Shown piece after piece: positions 1 through 8,698 of a stretch of 42,831 nucleotides of DNA; the stretch's first letter is position 1, and the number at the start of each line of letters is the position of its first letter. Source of the stretch: a virus (lineage: Duplodnaviria; Caudoviricetes); the IMG/VR virus record IMGVR_UViG_3300037755_000517, positions 1 to 42,831 of that record, one strand, 5' to 3'. Both the position numbers and the translations under genes were made by a program. Under the pieces are notes generated by a model. That model saw nothing but the letters and a program-made list of their open reading frames with translations. It had not been told where the DNA came from and ran no database searches.

Positions 1-633
1 GAAGCCCTCCCAACTGCCGGACCCACCGCCGGAGCGTATGGAGAAAGCTGTCACGCAGCTTGTCGGCTGGCAAGAGTGGTACCGCACAGTACGGTGTGAA
101 TAGTTCTGGTAGGGTTTTGGTGTTGACGGTCGGTAATGTCCCCTGCATACTGTCCCCCAGAGTTTCTATAAACTTTCGAGGGAAGGGTATATTTTGTTTA
201 TACGATGGTTTAGAGGATTACTTTTGGCACTAATTTCGGCAGGTATTAAAACCGCGGCGGCTGATCCCCGGATCGGTCAAGGTGTCGCTGTTGCCACCGC
301 CAGCACCGGTTTCGGTGTAATGCTCGAATGGATACCGCAAAACGCGGGCACCCTGGCGGCTCTGGCGGGCTTTACTTTGTCCGTCGTTTTAATAATACTG
401 CATGTTGTCAGAGGACGCTTGGAGCTTAAAAAATTGGCCCTCGAAATTTCTATTATTCAGGAAGAGGCCGACCGCTTAAAGCAGAATGTTCACAACCAAC
501 AGAGAATAACACCATGAAATCTTTACGATATTTCTGTATCGCGTTGCTATTGAGTATTATGTTTTTACCCGCCGCGCAGGCCGCCCAGCCTACCGAGGGG
601 TATTTGTCTTACGATACGGCCGCCGTGTTGTAT
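1..633. repeat. Terminal direct repeat, left copy (imperfect match to 42209-42831)
   Basis: 1-106 is identical to 42209-42314 and 514-633 is identical to 42712-42831. The ~400 bp between has many, mostly synonymous, substitutions and is 10 nt longer in this copy. Confidence 0.95.
194..517 (+). CDS. Putative holin-like membrane protein, allele A
   Basis: TTG start after GAGGGAAGGG, hydrophobic segments (AGTLAALAGFTLSVVLIILHVV), charged C-terminus. Lies after the tail fibre and spanin remnant. Differences from allele B are mostly synonymous, which supports coding. Confidence 0.6.
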   Translation: MFIRWFRGLLLALISAGIKTAAADPRIGQGVAVATASTGFGVMLEWIPQNAGTLAALAGFTLSVVLIILHVVRGRLELKKLALEISIIQEEADRLKQNVHNQQRITP

Positions 634-882
634 CTGGTGGAGTTGCCCGCCGATAATGACGCTCTGGCGCACAACGATACTGATAAACACGTCCAGTTGA
701 TCGCCGCATTCAGGACAAACCATATCGGGGATAACGTTTCGGTGGAAGTGGTCGTCGTCGTACCCCGGGCCGGTTTGTATAAATTCACAATGTTGGCAGA
801 TATATTCGGCCGTAAAATCGCGCCGATGTTGGCTTGTTATCTTTTGTATTTTCATGGTTCTTTGTTCTCCGGTGGGGCGTGA
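514..882 (+). CDS. Secreted protein with Sec signal peptide; C-terminal half probably read-through into the antisense gene
   Basis: ATGA coupling to the holin and signal peptide MKSLRYFCIALLLSIMFLPAAQA. Beyond ~700 it is antisense to the 565..855 gene. Confidence 0.45.
   Translation: MKSLRYFCIALLLSIMFLPAAQAAQPTEGYLSYDTAAVLYLVELPADNDALAHNDTDKHVQLIAAFRTNHIGDNVSVEVVVVVPRAGLYKFTMLADIFGRKIAPMLACYLLYFHGSLFSGGA
565..855 (-). CDS. Small phage Zn-ribbon protein (CxxC...CxxC); C-terminus probably read-through
   Basis: MKIQKITSQHRRDFTAEYICQHC...GYDDDHFHRNVIPDMVCPECG resembles a common phage hypothetical family. ATG overlaps the upstream TGA. Confidence 0.65.
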   Translation of the reverse strand: MKIQKITSQHRRDFTAEYICQHCEFIQTGPGYDDDHFHRNVIPDMVCPECGDQLDVFISIVVRQSVIIGGQLHQIQHGGRIVRQIPLGRLGGLRGG

Positions 883-977
883 GCCAGTTGTTTAAAGCCG
901 CCGTTGGCCAGCTTCTTTTGAATTTCAGTGACGGTTTTCTCGGCGTCGATTTGCGTTGTGTAGTTGAGTATCGGCAT
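852..977 (-). pseudogene. 41-aa ORF, probable internally deleted phage hypothetical gene
   Basis: MPILNYTTQIDAEKTVTEIQKKLA-NGGFKQLAHAPPENKEP is coupled to both neighbours (TAATG, ATGA). From recollection, this N-terminus belongs to a considerably longer phage family. Confidence 0.5.
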
Positions 978-1519
978 TATTTTCCAACGCAGGGCGCGAA
1001 CAGCCCGTAGAACGTTTCGTCGGCAAAATCCGCCAGCGGGGTAAAGCGGACGTTCTCTCTATCCGTCGCGCCGAAATTTAAACGGAAAAACGGCCAGTTG
1101 CCCGCCTTCTGAATGTCGGCGAGCAGCGCAGGGTTAAAGATTATCGTACTTGGCGATCGATCTGCGTGGATCGTACGTTCAATCCGGCGGACACCCGGGT
1201 AAGGGTCTTTTAGTATTTCAATTCCCCGCGTGTCGATTCGCGCGCCGTGGCCGTTAATAAGGTTCAGCGTTTTTGCAATAATGTCGATTTCTACCCGGGT
1301 CGCCGCTTTCGGAAAGGCCGCCTTTCCGAGAATTTTAATCAGTACGTCGGGGCCGTTGTAGTCGCAGCAAACTGTTCGCACCAGGCGATGCCCGTCCGTG
1401 GCGGTGACACGGCCACCGGGACTGAACAACATACCGCGAAGGGCGGGGCGTCTTTCGGTCATATCGACGATGACCCTCGTAGCGTTAAAAAACCGCAGGT
1501 TGGTAATATTAATCAGCAT
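977..1519 (-). CDS. DNA polymerase III beta-clamp-like single-domain protein
   Basis: RPALRGMLF...VTATDGHRL and YPGVRRI motifs of the DnaN central domain; directly downstream of the polymerase. Confidence 0.65.
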   Translation of the reverse strand: MLINITNLRFFNATRVIVDMTERRPALRGMLFSPGGRVTATDGHRLVRTVCCDYNGPDVLIKILGKAAFPKAATRVEIDIIAKTLNLINGHGARIDTRGIEILKDPYPGVRRIERTIHADRSPSTIIFNPALLADIQKAGNWPFFRLNFGATDRENVRFTPLADFADETFYGLFAPCVGK

Positions 1520-1522
1520 GTT

Positions 1523-3898
1523 TTAGTCCTTCTGGTATCGTTTGTGTTGCCAACCGGCCGCGCGCAGCGGCCACCATTGCGCCCAGCTCGGGCGCTGCGC
1601 CATGATTGCGGCCATTTCTTCGACGGAGCCAAACCGCTCCGGTACTTCCGCGACGCCTTCGTCGTGCGTGTGCATAACGATCCAGTACCCGGCGGTCTCA
1701 CACCGAATCAAAGCCTCGCATTGAATGTCACACGCTACCGCCTGTACGACATTTTCAAACAGGCGGCCGCCGTAGGTTTCCATTCGAATCCAGCCCAGCG
1801 GTCCTCTCATCGGGTTCGAGTTGTACCCCTCGAAGGTTATCTGGTACGACGGGCCTCGGTTCAGTTTGTCAGGGACATTCGCCAGCCGGGGGCGGTGGTA
1901 ATTCAGAAAGCGGCCCGACGGCAGGCGGCACAGCAACACGTCATTAACGACGCCGTATGATATGTCGTTGTGGCCGAAGCATTGGCCCGGATTCAGTATT
2001 GCTTTTATCGCGGCGCCCTCAATCCCGAACAGTTCGGGCCGGTAGTCCCATTTACCCGGGCCGCACCATTTGTACTGGCCGCCCCACATTTCTTCTATCT
2101 CCGGCGACTCCGCGCGCCATTTCAGCACGTCCTGCTTAATCTCTTCATCGCTGGCGAAGTATTCATCGGCGCCGAAGTTTTTCCAGGCACCTACCCAGCC
2201 ACCGTACCCGCCGGCCAGCTCGCGGATTTTCCCGACGCCCTTCCGAGCCGGGTGGTGGGTGCCGTTGCGTTTTTTATAATCGACGATTTCCTCAAACGGG
2301 ATGCCGGTCGCGTTGGCGGCGCTCTGTTCGTAGATCAGGCCGTGGCCCGCGAATATGTCGATACGCCATTGGCAGCGCGAAAGGCATGCTGCAGCAACCG
2401 CCTCGATGGCGGAGAAATCCACGCAGACGAGCTTATTTCCTTCCTTAGCCATGAACAGCCCTCGGAGAATACCGCACAAGACGGCGACCGGATCGCCCCA
2501 TGTCCGTTCAACGTGCGCCAGGTTACGCGTGCGAATATCGTCGACGGCCTGTTGCACGGCTTCTATCGTCCAGTCGGGCCGCTCCTCTATATCGACAAAC
2601 TGGCCGCAGCGGGGGCACGCCGGGCTGGCATATAGGCCAAACAGTTTTTGGCACGGGCCGCAATAGGCCGTCTTTGGACCTTTGGCGGTAATGTTCTGCA
2701 GTTGCACGCCGCCGGCCGCGAACCGTCCCGTTCGATCGGCGCCGCAGTAGCGGTATTGATCGCGCAGCCGGCCATCGCTGGATATCTGCAATTTCAGCGT
2801 GCGCAGTTTTTTGACATTCGCCGACCCCAATACTTCGCGTATTTCTAGTGCGCGCCGGGCGTGTGACGGAATGTCCGAACGTTTGAGCGTATCGGCTACC
2901 GTTTCTTTTTGTAAATTCGGGATATTCGCGCCGACCGAATCAAGCCATCGCCCGAACTTCGCTGTTTCGGATACCGAGCCAACGGCGCCGCCAGTAATCT
3001 GGCCGAGCTCCAGCGTGTATTTGCGTTCGGCTTGGTCCAGTATGTCCAAGGCGGCGTCCAAAGTAACGATATCCACTTGTACGCCCCGGGCGTTGACCGT
3101 CTGGTCCAGAAGCCATGTGGCGCGTTCGTATGGTGTCAGATCGGGCGTTTTGGCACTGGCGCCGTCTTCGGCGGCAACGTCCTGGTCGCAGTAATCATAC
3201 AACCGGAGGAAATCTTCCCACGCGGTCGCCGGTGTCCACCGGGTTTCCGGTCGCTTCTTTGTAGCGGACTGGGGGCGGGTCAGTTTATTAAGTAGCCGAT
3301 TGCCGTCGGGGTCTTTCTGGGGCGTACCGAGTACCGGCGCAAGCGCGCCCAGCGCACCGGGCAGGCTGTTTCGTTTTGCTTTCGCCATGCTGCAGTGGCA
3401 TTGGTCGAGGGGTAACGGCGGCCAGCCGTGACGACGAACCGCCACCACATTCCAAATCCACCATTCAAACGTGACGTTGTGCGCCTCAATCGGTCGGCCG
3501 GCACGAACGTGGTCGAGAAGCGGCTGCGGGTTCGGCATACACGGCAGCCACCGCCGCCGCCCCGCGCCGTCTTTAAGATCGTAATACAAACACAATATTT
3601 CCGCGGAGGGGTGCTCCGCATAAACCGGCGTGCCGACGACTTTCAGACCGCCTTTGCCGTCGGCAGCAGCGCCGCAGACTTTACCTGATTGATGGTCGAT
3701 GATGTACCCGGCCTCGCTGTACGTTTCGAAATCAATCGACGGCATGACGGTTGACGTACCAAGGCCGACCGGGATAACCGTTCCGGCCCGCAGTTGAGAG
3801 GGGTTAATTTCTACACATCCCGCGTCCGCGTCGTTGACAGTTAACCGGCCCCAAAAATACGACTCGCTTTCCGGGTGATAGATAAGCGCTGATGACAT
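1523..3898 (-). CDS. polA: Family A DNA polymerase (APSE-like) with 3'-5' exonuclease
   Basis: ExoI IDFETYS, ExoII AHNVTFE, ExoIII YCDQDV, RTGRFA, motif A DFSAIE, motif B RKGVGKIRELAGGYGG, ENVVQAVACD, motif C HTHDE. Start placed at ATG 3898 after GGAGA. Confidence 0.95.
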   Translation of the reverse strand: MSSALIYHPESESYFWGRLTVNDADAGCVEINPSQLRAGTVIPVGLGTSTVMPSIDFETYSEAGYIIDHQSGKVCGAAADGKGGLKVVGTPVYAEHPSAEILCLYYDLKDGAGRRRWLPCMPNPQPLLDHVRAGRPIEAHNVTFEWWIWNVVAVRRHGWPPLPLDQCHCSMAKAKRNSLPGALGALAPVLGTPQKDPDGNRLLNKLTRPQSATKKRPETRWTPATAWEDFLRLYDYCDQDVAAEDGASAKTPDLTPYERATWLLDQTVNARGVQVDIVTLDAALDILDQAERKYTLELGQITGGAVGSVSETAKFGRWLDSVGANIPNLQKETVADTLKRSDIPSHARRALEIREVLGSANVKKLRTLKLQISSDGRLRDQYRYCGADRTGRFAAGGVQLQNITAKGPKTAYCGPCQKLFGLYASPACPRCGQFVDIEERPDWTIEAVQQAVDDIRTRNLAHVERTWGDPVAVLCGILRGLFMAKEGNKLVCVDFSAIEAVAAACLSRCQWRIDIFAGHGLIYEQSAANATGIPFEEIVDYKKRNGTHHPARKGVGKIRELAGGYGGWVGAWKNFGADEYFASDEEIKQDVLKWRAESPEIEEMWGGQYKWCGPGKWDYRPELFGIEGAAIKAILNPGQCFGHNDISYGVVNDVLLCRLPSGRFLNYHRPRLANVPDKLNRGPSYQITFEGYNSNPMRGPLGWIRMETYGGRLFENVVQAVACDIQCEALIRCETAGYWIVMHTHDEGVAEVPERFGSVEEMAAIMAQRPSWAQWWPLRAAGWQHKRYQKD

Positions 3899-3908
3899 GT
3901 TGTCTCCG

Positions 3909-3932
3909 AAAATAAAAAGGCCATCCTTGGCC
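3909..3932 (-). terminator. Rho-independent terminator between SSB and polymerase
   Basis: Minus strand GGCCA-AGGA-TGGCC followed by TTTTTATTTT. Confidence 0.65.
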
Positions 3933-3946
3933 GTGGCTCGCACCTA

Positions 3947-4762
3947 CTACCTATTGTTCGTACCGGGCGGTATGAAATTGTGCGCTTGCTGGGGCTGACC
4001 GTATGCCGGCTGTTGTGCCGGTGCCGGTTGGGGGGCCGGTTGACCGTACGCCGGTTGCTGCGCGGGGGCGGGTTGGTGGTTGGCCGGCTCGTAGTTCGGT
4101 GCCGGTTGACTATACGCCGGCTGTTGTGCTGGTTGGTGGGTGGGCTGACCGTATGCCGGTTGCTGCGCGGGTTGCTGGGCGTAGCTGGGCTGCGCAGGCT
4201 GACCGTATGCCGGTTGTCCGCCGCCAAATGCCGACGCGGTATCAACACCGGCCGAGCCGAATGTTTGCCGAGGGGCGTTGGCGCTGACGATGATCGCTAG
4301 GCCGTCAAGCCCTGCCGATATGCCTTTGTTGCCGGCTTGATCGTATTCGTAGCAGTGGCCGAGAACATCGACTTTTTGGCCGCCGTAGATTAATGGGCCG
4401 TATTGCATGGCGTCCAGCAGTTGACCGTTTTCGTCGTACGCGTCCGGGCAACGCAGGGACGTTTTAAACGAAATACATACCCAGCCGGGAAACATGTCGT
4501 TGAATTCGCCGGGCCGCACCGTCGCAATCGGCATGCGTCCGCCTTGTGGCAACTGGCCGCGCCATTTTGATTCCAGCAGCGCTTTGGTCGATAACTGGTA
4601 GAACAGGCCGATATCGGGGTTGTTTGGGTCAAATACCACCTTAAGTGTCCATTTGGGCTTGCCGGCGTTTTTCCCCTGAGTGATCGTTTCGGGCCGCGTG
4701 AGGCCGTCCCATACGATGTACCCGCCGCAGATTTTCACGTGTTTTTCGTCGAAGTGAGGCAT
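3947..4762 (-). CDS. DUF2815-family single-stranded DNA-binding protein with QQPAYGQP-repeat tail
   Basis: KPKWTLKVVF, IYGGQKV, YEYDQAGNKGISAGLDGL; lies between DUF2800 and PolA as in APSE-like modules. Confidence 0.8.
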   Translation of the reverse strand: MPHFDEKHVKICGGYIVWDGLTRPETITQGKNAGKPKWTLKVVFDPNNPDIGLFYQLSTKALLESKWRGQLPQGGRMPIATVRPGEFNDMFPGWVCISFKTSLRCPDAYDENGQLLDAMQYGPLIYGGQKVDVLGHCYEYDQAGNKGISAGLDGLAIIVSANAPRQTFGSAGVDTASAFGGGQPAYGQPAQPSYAQQPAQQPAYGQPTHQPAQQPAYSQPAPNYEPANHQPAPAQQPAYGQPAPQPAPAQQPAYGQPQQAHNFIPPGTNNR

Positions 4763-4764
4763 AA

Positions 4765-5952
4765 CTATTTACTCCTTGGTTTGAAGGCTTGAGCTGTTTT
4801 GGATTCGCCGGCGTTTACTAACTTAAGTTTCCCCGCCGGCCGACGTGTAACGGTGGGTAAGATTTGCTTAAAGAACGGCCGAAGCTTTGCCGGGACGGCG
4901 GCCTGCGTTTGTGTCGGTGTCAGGACTTCCTGTTTGGAGGGATCCGTGCCGAACTGTTTTGCAAACGCGATCGCCTCGGCCGAACTTACCGTCCATTCGA
5001 GCCGTCCCGACGATGTTTCGAGCGTGAGGCCGCTGTCCTTTGCCCGTCCGTCCGTTAGCTGCGACGTTAATTCGTCCTCGATCGCTTCGAGCCGTGCTTT
5101 TGTTGCCGTCAGGCCGTTCTTTAAAATCTCGCGTTCGGTGGCTAAGTCCGCGCCAGTCATTTCGTCCATTATGTACGGCCGGTTGGCAACGTCGATCAGA
5201 TTATACCCGGCCAAGCGTGCCGCCGAACACCGACCCACCGCCGCACAATCGCGGCACCATATCCCGCTGGTAAGCTTCGGATCGATGAACGCCTCGTGCG
5301 CCTTGTCGTGCAGGATATTCGCGTACGGGCGAAGGTCTGACAGTTTGACCACCCACTCGCTGATCGGCCCTTGTGCGTGATAACAGAACGGCTGGACGAT
5401 ACGTAACACAACGGTGATATGCTGATCTGTCGCCCCGTTGATCTGGAATAATTCCCGCAGCCCTTCCGCGTAGTTAATGAGCTGGAAATTCTCGACGGCG
5501 CTGTTCTCGCGGTGTCCGTGCTTATAGTCCCAAATATAAATTATACGATGGGACAACAGAACGAGTGCAAAATCCAACGTGCCCCAGTTGTGCTGCGCGT
5601 GAATGTGTGTCGCCTGTACTCGGTGTTCGACCAACGTTTCGGAAAGAGCGTTATATTGGCCGACGGTTTCTAAAACGTCATCGACATAGATCTGCGCGCC
5701 TTCCGTTATTTTGTCGTTAATCACAACGCCGTTGGGTGCGGCAATGTTCAGATAATCAGAACACACCACCGGCCCGCGCCCGGGCGTTGTGATGTTGGTC
5801 AACACTTCGGACGCCACCCAATGCGCCGCTGTCCCTTCCAGCTTTTCCGGGGTGTCGAGGTCCGGCGCGTTGAGATTGGCCACGTACGACCCGGAACAGT
5901 GCCCCCACTGAGGCGCTGCGCTGGGGGCGAGCGGTGCGTGTTGGTCGGTCAT
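4765..5952 (-). CDS. DUF2800 / Cas4-like PD-(D/E)xK exonuclease
   Basis: HAPLAPSAA..W..C.GS, EGTAAH, WGTLD, DYKHG, NFQLINYA, GIWCRDC...C. Confidence 0.85.
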   Translation of the reverse strand: MTDQHAPLAPSAAPQWGHCSGSYVANLNAPDLDTPEKLEGTAAHWVASEVLTNITTPGRGPVVCSDYLNIAAPNGVVINDKITEGAQIYVDDVLETVGQYNALSETLVEHRVQATHIHAQHNWGTLDFALVLLSHRIIYIWDYKHGHRENSAVENFQLINYAEGLRELFQINGATDQHITVVLRIVQPFCYHAQGPISEWVVKLSDLRPYANILHDKAHEAFIDPKLTSGIWCRDCAAVGRCSAARLAGYNLIDVANRPYIMDEMTGADLATEREILKNGLTATKARLEAIEDELTSQLTDGRAKDSGLTLETSSGRLEWTVSSAEAIAFAKQFGTDPSKQEVLTPTQTQAAVPAKLRPFFKQILPTVTRRPAGKLKLVNAGESKTAQAFKPRSK

Positions 5953-5953
5953 A

Positions 5954-6646
5954 TTACGCGCCCGCGTTTTCGGCTAACAGTTGATACAGGTTCTGCACGT
6001 TTTGCTTGACGGTTTCCGGCGGAGTGGGCGGGAACAGTTGCATAACGTCCTGCACGCCGGCTTTCTGGTATGCGTTGCTGATATCCTCTTGGCTTAGCAG
6101 GCCAGCGGCTTGTTTTTTCGACACCCACGCCATAAAGGAACCACAATCGGCGGGCGGTGGCTCGGCAACCGGAGCAGGGGCAGCGGTAGCAGCCGGGGCC
6201 GCAACAGTCTGAGCCGGAGCGGCGAAGGCGTTTTGAGTGTTGACCGGGGCCGGTGCGGGGCTTGCGACGTTTTCGGCGCCGGCGGCCATTTCCTTGTTCG
6301 CGGCCAGCTCGCCGCTGTACCACGCGTCGTAGTCGTCCATGTCAACGCCGTGGCGTTTTTTCCACTGACCTTGGCGCGCGCCGCTGCCGTAAAAAGGGTC
6401 TTTTGCTTTGGCGCACATTTCGGGGTCGAACTGAACGCCCTTCATGTCGACGGAAGTTTGTGCGGCGGGGGCGGGTGCTAACGTTGAGACCGGTGCTGTC
6501 TGTGCGGCGGGTACGTTCTGGTCCAACTCGTCGATAAGTTCGTCGCCGGCGGTTTGTGCCGGTCCAGCGGCAAGGCTAAACAGTTCAGCGGCTTTTCTCG
6601 CCAAGTCGGGGCGATTGGCCGGGATTTCTACTTTGATCGTTGACAT
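5954..6646 (-). CDS. Hypothetical Ala/Pro-rich replication-module protein
   Basis: First gene of the leftward operon; ATG 6646 after GGAGA; GQWKKRHGVD motif and APA linkers. Confidence 0.75.
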   Translation of the reverse strand: MSTIKVEIPANRPDLARKAAELFSLAAGPAQTAGDELIDELDQNVPAAQTAPVSTLAPAPAAQTSVDMKGVQFDPEMCAKAKDPFYGSGARQGQWKKRHGVDMDDYDAWYSGELAANKEMAAGAENVASPAPAPVNTQNAFAAPAQTVAAPAATAAPAPVAEPPPADCGSFMAWVSKKQAAGLLSQEDISNAYQKAGVQDVMQLFPPTPPETVKQNVQNLYQLLAENAGA

Positions 6647-6668
6647 TTTTAAGGTCTCCATTCGGGCA

Positions 6669-6720
6669 TTAGTTGACAAGTTTGTCAATTATGGGCAATA
6701 TTAACACCAATGTCAACTAA
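6669..6720. promoter_or_regulatory. Overlapping divergent sigma70 promoters with inverted repeats
   Basis: Minus strand TTGACA(6716-6711)-17-CATAAT; plus strand TTGACA(6673-6678)-17-CAATAT. TTAGTTGACA (6669-6678) is inverted at 6711-6720, and TTGACAAGTTTGTCAA is a near-palindrome. Confidence 0.75.
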
Positions 6721-6870
6721 ACAGCAAAGAGCCGCCCTCCGCCGCGCCGTCGCCGTCGCCGATTATATGTATTCCGAGGGGTGTTCGTGCTGGCCAAACT
6801 GTTAAACGTATCCCAATATCCCGACGGATCCGGGTACGATTTTCACAAATACCGGAGCCCGTCGAAGTGA
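6710..6870 (+). pseudogene. Frameshifted or deleted small gene, possibly Cro-like
   Basis: The ATG 6710 frame (MSTKQQRAALRRAVAVADYMYSEG) stops early. A second frame (VLAKLLNVSQYPDGSGYDFHKYRSPSK*) ends in GTGA coupled to the helicase. The 161-nt span is not a multiple of 3. Confidence 0.45.
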
Positions 6871-8516
6871 TTCAGCTCCGCCCGTACCAGCGGAAGTGGG
6901 TGCAGGACATTCAGGCCGCCTGGCTAACCGTCAGATCGGTGTTGGGTGTCCTGGCCACTGGCGGCGGTAAAACTGTTTGCTTTGCGTGGTTGATGCACGA
7001 ACACGTCGGCGCCTGCGCGGCGGTAGTCCATCGGAAAGAAATTGTAAGCCAGATCAGTTGCGCCCTGGCCAAACTCGACGTGAAGCACCGGGTAATCGCC
7101 CCGCCAAACGTCGTGGCGTTGATCCGGCGTAAACATCTGCGTCTGTACAAAAAATCGTTTATCGATCCCCACGCCAAAGCCGGGGTAATTTCGGTACAGA
7201 CGCTGACCAGCACGGCGAGTAAAAATAATAGCCTGCTGCAAAAATGGCTCCAGCAAATCACGCTGGCCGTGTTCGACGAAGGCCACCACTATGTTAAGTC
7301 GGGCTTGTGGGGCCGCGCGGTTGAAATGTTCGACAAAGCCAAGCTGCTATTTGTTACGGCCACCCCGGAGCGCGCCGACGGCAAAGGGCTGGGGGCGCAC
7401 GCCGACGGCTACGCCGAAACCATGGTGCAGGGGCCGTCTACCCAGTGGCTGATCGAACGCGGCTACCTGTCGCCGTTCACTTACAAAGCCCCCCGGACGG
7501 ATTTGGATATATCGAACATACCGGTGACCGCGTCCGGTGAGTTGAACACGCGAATCATGCGTGCCCGTATTGTCAAATCGCATCTGGTGGGCGATGTCGT
7601 TCGTCACTATCACACGTTCGCGGCTGGTAAGCGTTGCATCGTTTTTGCGAATGACGTTGAGACCGCCGAAGAACACGCCGCGGCGTTTCGCGCGTCCGGC
7701 GTTTCGGCGGTAGCTTTGAACGGTGGCTCGGAACAGGCAGACCGGGACCGCGAATGCGAGCGGTTCGAATCGGGCGAACTGACCGTACTGATTAACGTCG
7801 ATTTGTTCGACGAAGGTTTCGACGTGCCCGGCGCAGAAGCGGTCATCATGGCACGCAAGACCGAATCGTTGGCTAAATTTTTACAGATGATCGGGCGGGT
7901 GCTGCGCACGTTCGACGGCAAGACCGAGGCGATTGTCATCGACCCGGTGCGCAATTGGGAGCGGCACGGCATGCCCAACTGGCCTCGCGTGTGGTCAATG
8001 ACCGGCCGCGAAAAAGGCACGCGCAAAGCCGCCGACGATCTTATCCCACAGCGTGTGTGTGCCGCCTGCACTCAGCCGTACGAAGCGTTTTATAAAATTT
8101 GCCCGTATTGCGGCCACGCACCAATGCCCGCCGGCCGGGCCGCTCCGGAACAGGTCGACGGCGACTTGATGGAGCTCGACGTGGCGGCCATGACGGCGCT
8201 GTTTGTCAGAATGCAGGCCGCCGATATGTCGGACGAGGACTACGCCGTCGATCAGATCGCCCGCAATATTCCGCACATCGGTCGCAGCGCTGACATGAGG
8301 CGACACCAGGAAGCCAAATACCGGCGCCGCGTGTTGCGTGAACTGGTGGGCTGGTGGGTCGGGTTCCAAACTGCGCGCCGCGATATGAGTGAAATACACC
8401 GGCGCTTCTACCATCGCTTCGGTATAGATATTGGAACCGCCTTTACCTTGGACGCGCAGGACACTGACGCCCTGGCGAACAAAATCCAACTCCATTTTGG
8501 CGAGGACATGGCATGA
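6867..8516 (+). CDS. Superfamily II DEAD/DEAH helicase with C-terminal Zn finger
   Basis: LRPYQ, ATGGGKT, DEGHH, TATP, FDEGFD, QMIGRVLR, CAAC...CPYCG. Confidence 0.93.
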   Translation: MIQLRPYQRKWVQDIQAAWLTVRSVLGVLATGGGKTVCFAWLMHEHVGACAAVVHRKEIVSQISCALAKLDVKHRVIAPPNVVALIRRKHLRLYKKSFIDPHAKAGVISVQTLTSTASKNNSLLQKWLQQITLAVFDEGHHYVKSGLWGRAVEMFDKAKLLFVTATPERADGKGLGAHADGYAETMVQGPSTQWLIERGYLSPFTYKAPRTDLDISNIPVTASGELNTRIMRARIVKSHLVGDVVRHYHTFAAGKRCIVFANDVETAEEHAAAFRASGVSAVALNGGSEQADRDRECERFESGELTVLINVDLFDEGFDVPGAEAVIMARKTESLAKFLQMIGRVLRTFDGKTEAIVIDPVRNWERHGMPNWPRVWSMTGREKGTRKAADDLIPQRVCAACTQPYEAFYKICPYCGHAPMPAGRAAPEQVDGDLMELDVAAMTALFVRMQAADMSDEDYAVDQIARNIPHIGRSADMRRHQEAKYRRRVLRELVGWWVGFQTARRDMSEIHRRFYHRFGIDIGTAFTLDAQDTDALANKIQLHFGEDMA

Positions 8517-8698
8517 CAAACGACAGCCCTTTTGAACCTGACCCGGACACCGGCGCGGCAGACAAAGAAACGCCCTGCCCGGAGTGCCAATCTACCAACA
8601 CGGTACCCGATTACGGCCACGAATTTCACGTTCGCAAAAAGCCGAAAACCATACCGATGTGTTGTTTAACGTGCGGGCATGAGTGGGGCGGAGAATGA
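8513..8698 (+). CDS. Small Zn-ribbon protein
   Basis: CPEC...CLTCGHEW; ATGA overlaps at both ends. Confidence 0.65.
   Translation: MTNDSPFEPDPDTGAADKETPCPECQSTNTVPDYGHEFHVRKKPKTIPMCCLTCGHEWGGE

Noticed and set aside
107-513. Divergent terminal repeats as a DGR template/variable repeat pair
   Set aside because: Differences involve all bases rather than only adenines, are mostly synonymous, and no reverse transcriptase is present.
4765-5952. Cas4-like gene as part of a CRISPR system
   Set aside because: No array or other cas genes; DUF2800 is a normal member of this replication module.
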